From a virus, in the IMG/VR virus record IMGVR_UViG_3300009609_000013: a stretch of 45,557 bases of DNA; one strand, 5' to 3'. Numbering within the stretch: position 1 is the first letter of the stretch; each line of letters begins with the position of its first letter. Of this stretch, positions 7,660-14,885 are shown piece after piece. Position numbers and translations under genes: made by a program. The notes beneath the pieces are model-generated. The model did not search any database, was not told the DNA's origin, and saw only the letters and a list, made by a program, of their open reading frames with translations.

Positions 7660-8106
7660 CTAATTTTCTTTTCTGTATTGTTCCAGTAATTGTTGCATCT
7701 TTTGGCTAGATAGAGCCCTTTCTGCTACTTCTCGCATTCTTGATGCATCGGCCTCAGACCAATTAGGCTGTCGACCACGTGGTTTAGGTAGCTCTTCAAA
7801 TTCTTGTGTGTCAGTCTCAGCATCCACGTTCATGTTTTTGAGTGCTGCTGATGCGTACCTATCTGACTCTAGAAATGCTTTGCCATAACTTAGTCTTTTT
7901 AATAGGCGTGTTGCTTCTGCTGTATCTGTTATCCTTTCTACTCCTAGCTTCTCTACGAGAAGTTGCTCAAGAGTTTCTATTGCTAAGCGTGTTAATTGGC
8001 TTATGCTTCTTACGCGATTGTCTCCTTGCTCGAAGAATATAGCTAAGGTTGCCATCTTACATCTATCAACGGTTCCTTGTGCGAGCATATCATTTTTCTT
8101 TGTCAC
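7660..8106 (-). CDS. hypothetical early protein (paralogue of 8106-8375)
   Basis: GTG start with AGGAG upstream. MATLAIFF...RSISQLTRLAIETLE aligns with LANLAVYF...RSMSELTRLIVNTTE in the neighbouring product. Confidence 0.65.
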   Translation of the reverse strand: MTKKNDMLAQGTVDRCKMATLAIFFEQGDNRVRSISQLTRLAIETLEQLLVEKLGVERITDTAEATRLLKRLSYGKAFLESDRYASAALKNMNVDAETDTQEFEELPKPRGRQPNWSEADASRMREVAERALSSQKMQQLLEQYRKEN

Positions 8107-8375
8107 TATAGTTCTCCTATCCAGTTATCGTCCATGCTTGATTTATCACGTATAATTTGTGCTAGAATATGGTCAGCTTCCTCAGTGCTTGTTACTGGCT
8201 CAAATTTTTCCTGTTTTAGTACGGCTTTTTCTGTCGTATTGACTATAAGTCTTGTCAATTCACTCATACTTCGTGGCGTAATTCCTATTGAGTCGAAATA
8301 TACAGCTAAATTCGCTAGGCGAATCTTTTCGACTTGTCCTTGCACTACTATTTTCTTACTTCTAATCCCCAGCAC
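8106..8375 (-). CDS. hypothetical early protein (paralogue of 7660-8106)
   Basis: GTG start with GAGGAG upstream. First gene of the leftward early transcript. Confidence 0.65.
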   Translation of the reverse strand: MLGIRSKKIVVQGQVEKIRLANLAVYFDSIGITPRSMSELTRLIVNTTEKAVLKQEKFEPVTSTEEADHILAQIIRDKSSMDDNWIGEL

Positions 8376-8401
8376 AGGATTCTCCTCATTAAAGTTACGC
8401 A

Positions 8402-8682
8402 GTTATGATGTTATGATGTTCAGCCTATGTCCCCCGGTATGCATTTACTTGCTATTTTTCCTAGAGTGCATTTACTTACTATTATACTATTTCTATTAGT
8501 ACTCTTTTCTCTCTCTCTCTATTATTACTATATATTTTTTATAGTAATAAAAGGAGGAAAAGGAAAGCTAACGCGTAAGTAAAAAAGACTCCTAAATAAG
8601 CCTTCTAAATAAGCCTTCTTAAATGCACTATAAGTAAAATATATCCAGGCCCCCATTGTCTGAACATCATAATGTCATTATA
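8402..8682. repeat. nested palindromic, AT-rich region in the divergent early control region
   Basis: Concentric inverted repeats around ~8540: 8411-8423 ttatgatgttcag with 8660-8672 ctgaacatcataa; 8462-8473 with 8621-8632 (11/12); 8522-8532 ttattactata with 8540-8550 tatagtaataa. The region also holds a (CT)6 run at 8509-8520 and a tandem 13-mer taaataagccttc x2 at 8593-8618. Confidence 0.8.
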
Positions 8683-8705
8683 TCATATGTTTCGTAAGTT
8701 GTCAA
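8677..8705 (-). promoter_or_regulatory. leftward early sigma70 consensus promoter (TTGACA-N17-TGaTATAAT)
   Basis: Minus strand reads gcTTGACAacttacgaaacatatgaTATAATgac. Its transcript would cross the nested palindrome before reaching the 8375 gene. Confidence 0.8.
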
Positions 8706-8799
8706 GCCATTACTCATTCTTTTTATCTATCACTAACACAATCAGTAATAGTCTGTATCAATGAGTGCATCAAAGATGCTATAAGCATGTATTCTTTCC

Positions 8800-8828
8800 T
8801 TGACATTTCAGCAAAACTGTGATATAAT
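8800..8828 (+). promoter_or_regulatory. rightward early sigma70 consensus promoter (TTGACA-N17-TGaTATAAT)
   Basis: ccTTGACAtttcagcaaaactgtgaTATAATtac. Overlapping palindromes gcatcaaagatgc (8767-8779) and atgctataagcat (8776-8788) lie just upstream. Confidence 0.85.
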
Positions 8829-8891
8829 TACTGACTGAATGGGTAAGCCAGGCGTAATGAGTGCCATTCTCAACCTGAAGGAATTTACCTT

Positions 8892-9251
8892 ATGCTATTA
8901 CGTAATATATTTACTAAATATTTTCCCCTCGCCCCGCGCGTAAGTAATATTCACAAGTATACATACTTAAACTGTAATGCATCTAAGTGTTATTACTGTT
9001 CGTCTAAGTCTACAGGTATGGATCACGTACTGCCAATTTCGCTTGCAAATCTACTGCCAGACTTTAAGTTTCCAGCTGAATTGCTTCAACTCGTGCCGTG
9101 TTGTACTAGGTGTAATTCAATTGCTGGCAATAGATTCTTTACTACGCTCGCTGCAAAGCACAAGTTTATTAATAACCGTATCTATGAACTGAAGGTACGT
9201 GCTCATTACGCTGAGGTAATTGATAGGCTGGATAAATTGCTGTCTAGGTAA
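8892..9251 (+). CDS. small HNH-like (CxxC...DH...CxxCN) protein, paralogue 1
   Basis: KCYYCSSKSTGMDHVLP...LVPCCTRCNSIAGN. First gene after the 8800 promoter. Confidence 0.7.
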   Translation: MLLRNIFTKYFPLAPRVSNIHKYTYLNCNASKCYYCSSKSTGMDHVLPISLANLLPDFKFPAELLQLVPCCTRCNSIAGNRFFTTLAAKHKFINNRIYELKVRAHYAEVIDRLDKLLSR

Positions 9252-9266
9252 GCTAAGGAGAATGCT

Positions 9267-9542
9267 ATGCCTACAGGCTATGGATTTAGCTCTCGTGTAA
9301 CAGGTATTTATACGTACTTAGAATGCAAGGATGATAAATGCTATTATTGTGGGGATGTGTCTGTACTACATGATCACGTGCTTCCATTAGCAGTGTATAA
9401 ACTAGCTCCAATATTCAAGTGGCCATCTGAGTTACTTAAGCTTGTACCTTGTTGTCACAGCTGTAATGTAATAGCAAGCAATCGAGTCTTTATGAGCCTA
9501 AGCGCAAAATGGGACTATATCCAATTGAGGCGATTAAGATAA
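9267..9542 (+). CDS. small HNH-like protein, paralogue 2
   Basis: KCYYCGDVSVLHDHVLP...LVPCCHSCNVIASN. AAGGAG upstream. Collinear with the 8892-9251 product. Confidence 0.7.
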   Translation: MPTGYGFSSRVTGIYTYLECKDDKCYYCGDVSVLHDHVLPLAVYKLAPIFKWPSELLKLVPCCHSCNVIASNRVFMSLSAKWDYIQLRRLR

Positions 9543-9634
9543 GTACAAATATACTCGGGCGCGCTGTAAGTAATGCGCTTAACCTTTTTCAGCCGGCTTA
9601 ATCAGCGGTAACTGTCTAAGTACGTTAGCATATG

Positions 9635-9657
9635 CTGCGGTTAAAATTCAACCAAAG
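9635..9657. promoter_or_regulatory. palindromic motif copy M4 (ctgcGGTTAAAATTCAACCaaag)
   Basis: Variant copy between the convergent genes 9267-9542 and 9718-9984. Confidence 0.65.
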
Positions 9658-9674
9658 CAAAATTTTAGACGCAG

Positions 9675-9706
9675 AAAAGCCAGCGCGTAAGGCGCCGGCT
9701 CTTTGT
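9675..9706. terminator. bidirectional intrinsic terminator
   Basis: GC-rich stem gccagcgc/gtaa/ggcgccggc (8 bp, one mismatch) flanked by gaaaa on the left and tctttg on the right, between convergent genes. Confidence 0.6.
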
Positions 9707-9717
9707 GTACTATATAA

Positions 9718-9984
9718 TTATACTGATTCTATATCCTGGATCAGGCGGCGAATCCATTGCAGTGATACTGCAAGCTTAGCTAAGTGCTTATCTATATCAG
9801 GTATAGGTTCCGGTGATTGCTGTTGTGCTTCGCGCAGTTCGTCTTCTTGCTCAACTGTGTCTAGCAACTTATCATATGCAGCCTCGCCTGTTTTCAGTGT
9901 CTCACGCAATCTAGGTAACATAAGTTTTATTTGTACGTGATTATCACGTATAGATTGTAGTTTTCGCTCACGGCGCGTTATCAT
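9718..9984 (-). CDS. hypothetical coiled-coil protein
   Basis: 88-aa ORF with GAGGTAGAAGT upstream of the ATG. Confidence 0.6.
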   Translation of the reverse strand: MITRRERKLQSIRDNHVQIKLMLPRLRETLKTGEAAYDKLLDTVEQEDELREAQQQSPEPIPDIDKHLAKLAVSLQWIRRLIQDIESV

Positions 9985-9995
9985 ACTTCTACCTC

Positions 9996-10073
9996 TCAGT
10001 TGAATAAATGCTGTAGTATGGCAACTGCAATTTGCGTACTTAATCCAATTGCTAATAGTATATAGCCATTCAT
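9996..10073 (-). CDS. possible 25-aa hydrophobic peptide
   Basis: Hand translation: MNGYILLAIGLSTQIAVAILQHLFN. AAGGAG lies 6 nt upstream. Very short, so uncertain. Confidence 0.3.
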   Translation of the reverse strand: MNGYILLAIGLSTQIAVAILQHLFN

Positions 10074-10084
10074 GATTAGCTCCT

Positions 10085-10171
10085 TTACGAAGTTAGTAAC
10101 GCCACTGTAATTGCTAGTAATACTGTGCCTACGAATGCCAGTAGCTCTGGCCAGTCAATTTTACGCCTCAA
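10085..10171 (-). CDS. possible 28-aa hydrophobic peptide
   Basis: TTG start with GGGAG upstream: (M)RRKIDWPELLAFVGTVLLAITVALLTS. Very short, so uncertain. Confidence 0.25.
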   Translation of the reverse strand: MRRKIDWPELLAFVGTVLLAITVALLTS

Positions 10172-10481
10172 TTCTTGCTCCCATTATAGAGTTGTTAAGC
10201 CGGTACTCATCTCGGCCTGTGTAAGTTAGTTACCTGACAGCACTACTATAATGTTGCTGCTTTCGATAGTTATACAATTGCTGCATAACCACCACTCCGT
10301 ATTGTCGGACATAACGCACTTTTGTATATCGGCGCCAGTTCCCCAGGTTTCTTTATCTCCTTATAGGATTAGTGCATATTAGAACTGGCACCATGCCAGT
10401 AGCCTACACGCCACGTCAAGGCTATACACTTGTGTAGGTGAGGTGGGCTAGTGCTCATCCTAGCCCAGTTTCTTGTTCACC

Positions 10482-10910
10482 TTATTTTTTTGAGGAGCCT
10501 TTACCCTTAGGAGCTGTAGCTGCTTCCAGTTCGGCCTCAGTTAATGCCTCAGGTTTGACAGTTGGATTTGCAGCTATTTTAGCCTGCAGCTTAGCCTGGA
10601 GTTTTAAGAACAACTCCATTGCCTTGTCCTCGTCCATCTCAGTTACCTGGTCATCCAGTGTTTTCTGATACTCGCCCTCGCCGTTCACCTTAATGAGTTT
10701 GCCTGTAGGCAATTCACCACCGCGAGCCCTTCGCTGTAAGGTCCAGCCAGTAAATTTGCTGGCCTTTTCTACTGCATCTTTGACACTGGTGTAAGTTACC
10801 TCAGCCTCATACGGATACTTTGTGCCTTCCTTGTCCGTACCTTTTTCGCTGTCCAGGCTGGAGTTGAACTTAATGGTGATGACTAGATCGGACGCTTGGT
10901 ACTCTGCCAT
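10482..10910 (-). CDS. hypothetical protein (Lys/Glu-rich, C-terminal helical AKLQAKLQAK tail)
   Basis: 142-aa ORF served by three upstream minus-strand promoters (11006-11034, 11085-11113, 11305-11333). Confidence 0.7.
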   Translation of the reverse strand: MAEYQASDLVITIKFNSSLDSEKGTDKEGTKYPYEAEVTYTSVKDAVEKASKFTGWTLQRRARGGELPTGKLIKVNGEGEYQKTLDDQVTEMDEDKAMELFLKLQAKLQAKIAANPTVKPEALTEAELEAATAPKGKGSSKK

Positions 10911-11005
10911 TGCAGATCTCCTGCGTACTCACCCTATGCACTCGCATGAGCGAGTACGCTATTTGAAAGAACACTTGTGTGCAGCACCCTGCTGCTCACA
11001 CTTTA

Positions 11006-11034
11006 ATTGTTGCACACCAAACTCAGCTTGTCAA
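11006..11034 (-). promoter_or_regulatory. sigma70-like promoter (TTGACA-N17-AACAAT), proximal of a tandem pair
   Basis: Minus strand reads TTGACAagctgagtttggtgtgcAACAATtaaagtgtgagc. Part of a ~45-bp block duplicated 79 bp upstream. Confidence 0.5.
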
Positions 11035-11084
11035 GAGCTATTTTCTGGTGGCCTTGCTGAGAGGCGTTTGCCGCTCACACTAAT

Positions 11085-11113
11085 ATTGTTGCATATCGCT
11101 AGGAGTTTGTCAA
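11085..11113 (-). promoter_or_regulatory. sigma70-like promoter (TTGACA-N17-AACAAT), distal of a tandem pair
   Basis: Minus strand reads TTGACAaactcctagcgatatgcAACAATattagtgtgagc. Confidence 0.5.
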
Positions 11114-11150
11114 ATGCTCAATGATTTCAACGACTTATAGCCGTTCATCT

Positions 11151-11240
11151 GTACACGTGCGCGCGTGTACTTCGGGCGCGCGTGTGCATATGCGCGTACC
11201 CGTGCGCGGGGGTATGCAAGCGCGCGGCGCAAGGGACACG
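11151..11240. other. GC-rich island with long alternating purine-pyrimidine tracts
   Basis: gtacacgtgcgcgcgtgtac (11151-11170; arms GTACACG/CGTGTAC are complementary) and gcgcgcgtgtgcatatgcgcgtac (11176-11199) both alternate Pu/Py strictly. The island is far more GC-rich than its surroundings and lies ~60-150 nt downstream of the promoter at 11305-11333. Confidence 0.7.
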
Positions 11241-11304
11241 TATTCTCCCACTGCTGTAACTTTTATTCGCATTAGTGAGCATTTGCACTCACCTTCATGC
11301 CGTA

Positions 11305-11333
11305 ATTATACCACACTTTAGCCTCAATGTCAA
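11305..11333 (-). promoter_or_regulatory. sigma70 consensus promoter (TTGACA-N17-TGgTATAAT)
   Basis: Minus strand reads gcTTGACAttgaggctaaagtgtggTATAATtac. It fires into the GC-rich island. Confidence 0.8.
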
Positions 11334-11469
11334 GCTTCTTACAAGGCAGATGCTGCCAAGAATAACTTATTCCATCAATCGTATTACTAAGTAACAAATG
11401 TACATAAGAACTTTTAATATGGTAAAATGGATTTGCGTGTTAAATAGAGTAAAATTTGATGCGAACCGC

Positions 11470-11498
11470 TTGACATTTGCCCTCAAAACTGATATAAT
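11470..11498 (+). promoter_or_regulatory. sigma70 consensus promoter (TTGACA-N17-TGaTATAAT) heading the plus-strand arm
   Basis: gcTTGACAtttgccctcaaaactgaTATAATttg. Closely resembles the 8800 promoter (shared TTGACATTT and AAAACTG). Confidence 0.85.
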
Positions 11499-11548
11499 TT
11501 GAGTATGATGATTGAAGCATATTTGATGCAAAACGTTTGCGAGATACT

Positions 11549-12091
11549 ATGGCCGAACCTACAAGCTGGTGGCAATGGCTTCTACTTTATCCAACATTCC
11601 TTGCAGCTTTAGGTGGCAGTATACCTACAGTATGGAACGAAGTTAAGGCCTGGCGTTTAGGAGTACATTCATCCAAGCTTCAGCAAGCAGCCGAGCAGCA
11701 AAAGCTGTGGACCAAAAACTTATCCTGCTTAGGAACTAAGCCGGCTTACGTAATAGAAATAGACGCAGGAGTTGAAGTAGGAGTTACACTATGTACATCA
11801 GGTGATGTTTTACTGCGTTATCAGCTCTCTAACGACTCCGTCTCATATACGTGGATAAAATATCCCGATCATAAGCCAGTAATTGAACAACAGCACTCTG
11901 AACATGGCGATCAAATTAAGGTGGCAACACGAATAGCATTTGGACGAACACTTTGCATCACACTACAAAGCAGCCTAGTACTATGGATACTAATGGACCG
12001 CGAGACTCCACCAACGTGCCGAGTGGAGTACATAACAGCCTATGATGGACAGCTGTTAGAAACACGTGGTTCAACTTGCACCAAATGCTAG
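11549..12091 (+). CDS. membrane-anchored protein (N-terminal TM helix)
   Basis: MAEPTSWWQWLLLYPTFLAALGGSIPTVW. ATG 11549 is preferred; TTG 11537 is possible. No clear SD. Confidence 0.6.
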   Translation: MAEPTSWWQWLLLYPTFLAALGGSIPTVWNEVKAWRLGVHSSKLQQAAEQQKLWTKNLSCLGTKPAYVIEIDAGVEVGVTLCTSGDVLLRYQLSNDSVSYTWIKYPDHKPVIEQQHSEHGDQIKVATRIAFGRTLCITLQSSLVLWILMDRETPPTCRVEYITAYDGQLLETRGSTCTKC

Positions 12092-12109
12092 CACGAGGAG
12101 TATATACTT

Positions 12110-12649
12110 ATGGATGACTCAACAGACAACAAGCACTCAGGTGATTCTCACCTGGAAAACTTAACTGATAACAAATACTTGTATGACAAACGTTTTGTTG
12201 AGAAGCGCAATTACGAAGTTAAGGCACTCTGGGAGAATCACCACAGCATGTTACGTATGCTAGCACTAGGCCATTCCAATGCTGACATTGCAGAAGCTCA
12301 TGGTGTTACTCCGCAAACAGTCTCTAACTTACGCAACTCTCCCGTTGCTAAAACGAAACTGCTTTCATTGCGCCAGACTCTTGATAGCGAAGCGATTGAT
12401 ATTGGTGCTCGCATTAACGAGTTTGCACCACTGGCACTCAAGCTACTTGAAGATGTCATTAGCGGTGAAGTTGAGGCGCCTATTGCTATTCGTGCTAAGT
12501 ATGCAAGTGTTCACTTAGGTCGCGCTGGCTTTGGCGAGGTCAAAAAAATCGCCTCAGTTAACACTCACTTGACACGCGATGATATTGAAGCAATAAAACT
12601 ACGTGCACTAGCTTCTGCAAGTGAAGCAGGTTTGATAGTAGAAGACTAA
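12110..12649 (+). CDS. HTH-domain protein, candidate small terminase subunit
   Basis: LuxR/sigma-region-4-like HTH (LALGHSNADIAEAHGVTPQTVSNL). Its position two genes upstream of terL, separated only by the homing-endonuclease gene, suggests TerS. A regulatory role cannot be excluded. Confidence 0.5.
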   Translation: MDDSTDNKHSGDSHLENLTDNKYLYDKRFVEKRNYEVKALWENHHSMLRMLALGHSNADIAEAHGVTPQTVSNLRNSPVAKTKLLSLRQTLDSEAIDIGARINEFAPLALKLLEDVISGEVEAPIAIRAKYASVHLGRAGFGEVKKIASVNTHLTRDDIEAIKLRALASASEAGLIVED

Positions 12650-12689
12650 TTGCTGTGTCAATTTTCTAACCATAGGAGGCTTAATTACT

Positions 12690-13372
12690 GTGGACCCAGA
12701 AGTAGTTAAAGAGCTAGAGCCGTTAAGCTGTTTTTTGGTGCGTGGTTAGGTGACGGTTACTTAGCTTATTCTCCACGCAATCCAAAACGTCTTGAGGTTG
12801 GATTAGGATGCCAAGATGAAGAAATAGTTGCTTACGCATATTCGACAGTAAAAAACTATTTTTCTGATTTGTGTTTTCCTTACATGCGACAGGATGCTTC
12901 AGGTAACTCCAAACGACCAGTGCATAGAATTGCTTGGCTTGATGCTGATTTTTTTGAACTTATGTATTATGCAACTAACGACAAAGGTAAGCTGCCTGAC
13001 TATATATGGGAAGCTTCTTACGAAGCACGACTAGAGATGTTAGCGGGTTTAATGGATACTGATGGATCAGTTATACTAATTAAGAATTTTGTCAACCCTA
13101 CATACATGCTGTCTTATGGAGGAGTTAAACCATTCGTGCAATACGTGCCTGCATTATTTGACCGTTGTAATATACGTGTTGGTAAAGTATCTACCGACAG
13201 AGGTAGGAAGGCGCATTACCAACCGTATACGCGATTCTCTCCTTCTATTGGGAGTGCAGTTAAGCGTGGATTCTACTTTAGATGTTCTCGTAAGATGGAA
13301 AGAATTCGTGAGTACGTTCGATTACATACGGATTTAAAAGTATATAATCCCCCTAATATTGGATTAGCTTAA
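12690..13372 (+). CDS. free-standing double-motif LAGLIDADG homing endonuclease, reading frame broken at a T6 run
   Basis: GTG 12690 with AGGAGG 10 nt upstream opens frame 3, which stops at 12747. Frame 2 is open from 12710 and encodes FFGAWLGDGYL (motif 1) ... LEMLAGLMDTDGSV (motif 2). The frames join by a -1 shift on T TTT TTG (12731-12737). The uninterrupted ORF is 12869-13372. Confidence 0.7.
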
Positions 13373-13373
13373 T

Positions 13374-14885
13374 ATGCCTCTGAAACTTCCTACCGAACTA
13401 CAAGATGTATTAGCTGCTTGTTACACTAATACAGGTGTATTCTGCAAAACTCTCTTACCTGAAGCTTTTTCTACTCCGTGGTCTGTTTTGCACCGTGATA
13501 TAATATCAGCTCTTGATACTAAGCATCAAAAAATATGCTTTGCTGCTCCTCGTGGCTTAGGTAAGACCTCAATTGCTCGTGCTTTCGCACAAAAAGCAAT
13601 TCTTTTTCGCGACTATCAATTCATACTTTATGTTTCTAACTCAGAAACAGTAGCTACAATGCAATCCGAAAATATCAAACGTGAATTAATGACTAATCAA
13701 TATATTAAGAAGGTATTTGGCAGCGTTCAAATAAACTACGATGATCCCGAAATAGATGAGGCTTTTAGTAAACAGTCATGGGTAGCATTCGGTAATACAT
13801 TAGTGATGCCGAGAGGTGCTGGACAGCAAATACGTGGATTGATTTACCGTAATACGCGACCTCAATTAATTATAGTAGATGATTTAGAGAAGAAAGAGGA
13901 ACTTGATAACCCAGATAACCGATTCAAGCTAAAACAATGGTTTTATTCTGATCTTATGCGTTGCGTAGATCGTTATTCAGATAAATGGAAGATAGTTTAT
14001 TTCGACACTTTAAAGCACTACGATTCACTCTTGCAGGAACTACTTAAATCGGAGGATTGGTACTCGCAACGATTAGACATTTGCGACGACAATTTTAATT
14101 CACTTGTACCTCATCTTATATCTACAGAAGAGCTAAAGCGCGAGGCAGAAATCCACCGTGCTAAGGGTATCTTAGATGTTTTCTATATGGAACTAAGAAA
14201 TTTACCGATAGCAACTGAAGATGCTTCTTTTAGACAGGAGTACTTTAAATATTACGAAGAGACAGAGCTAGACAAGAAAAATCTAGAGAATTATATAGTG
14301 ATTGATCCTGCTAAAACTGCTAATATGCATAGCGCTGATTCTGCAATAGTTGGAATTGGAGTAGATTTTGCGACATCTGCCATTTATATACGAGATATAG
14401 TTTCAGGAAAATTCTTTCCTAATGAATTGTACGATGAAATGTTCGCGATGCGTAAACGGCTTAATGCATTCCGCGTTGGTATTGAGGTTACAGGTCTCGA
14501 AGAATTTATTAAGCAGCCTATTCAGAACGAGATGCTACGTCGTGGACCAGCGGATTCATTTGAACCTATTTGGCTACGTGCTAGAGGAGGCTCACCAGAT
14601 GGCGAAAAAGGGAAGATAAAACGAATAGGCTCATTGTCTCCTTATTATCGTAACGGATACATCTATCATAATAAGAACAATTGTGCCAAGCTAGAAGCAC
14701 AACTACTTTCTTTTCCTCGCAGTGGACTCGTAGATGTTGCTGATGCTACTGCTTATATTATAGAGCTTTTGGAGCTTGGTGGTCGTTACTTCGATGTTCC
14801 TGATGGAACTGACGTACCAACTAGCGAGGATGAATACGCTGAATTAGAGTACGAACTTCCACTTAACTTTAAAGGGCGTATTTAA
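13374..14885 (+). CDS. terL: terminase large subunit
   Basis: Walker A is FAAPRGLGKTS and Walker B is LIIVDDLEKKEE. The C-terminal nuclease half includes IDPA...SADSAIVGIG. Position is upstream of the portal gene. Confidence 0.9.
   Translation: MPLKLPTELQDVLAACYTNTGVFCKTLLPEAFSTPWSVLHRDIISALDTKHQKICFAAPRGLGKTSIARAFAQKAILFRDYQFILYVSNSETVATMQSENIKRELMTNQYIKKVFGSVQINYDDPEIDEAFSKQSWVAFGNTLVMPRGAGQQIRGLIYRNTRPQLIIVDDLEKKEELDNPDNRFKLKQWFYSDLMRCVDRYSDKWKIVYFDTLKHYDSLLQELLKSEDWYSQRLDICDDNFNSLVPHLISTEELKREAEIHRAKGILDVFYMELRNLPIATEDASFRQEYFKYYEETELDKKNLENYIVIDPAKTANMHSADSAIVGIGVDFATSAIYIRDIVSGKFFPNELYDEMFAMRKRLNAFRVGIEVTGLEEFIKQPIQNEMLRRGPADSFEPIWLRARGGSPDGEKGKIKRIGSLSPYYRNGYIYHNKNNCAKLEAQLLSFPRSGLVDVADATAYIIELLELGGRYFDVPDGTDVPTSEDEYAELEYELPLNFKGRI

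Noticed and set aside
625-8499. Plus-strand ORFs inside the minus-strand arm: 625-924, 2707-2922, 2829-3038, 5777-5986, 7842-8042 and 8077-8499. The equivalents in the right arm are 36471-36791, 37218-37400, 37611-37913, 38376-38663, 39447-39755, 40245-40582, 40933-41226, 42135-42392, 42692-43066, 44314-44714, 44982-45277.
   Set aside because: They lie antisense to longer ORFs that have good SD sites or recognisable domains. They lack their own ribosome-binding sites and have skewed Ser/Leu/Cys-rich composition. They are shadow ORFs.
10438-11321. ORFs 10438-10668(+), 10822-11124(+) and 11121-11321(+).
   Set aside because: The first two are antisense to, or run into, the 10482-10910 gene and its promoters. 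The third is produced by the GC-rich Pu/Py island (Arg/Cys/Ala-rich product, no SD).
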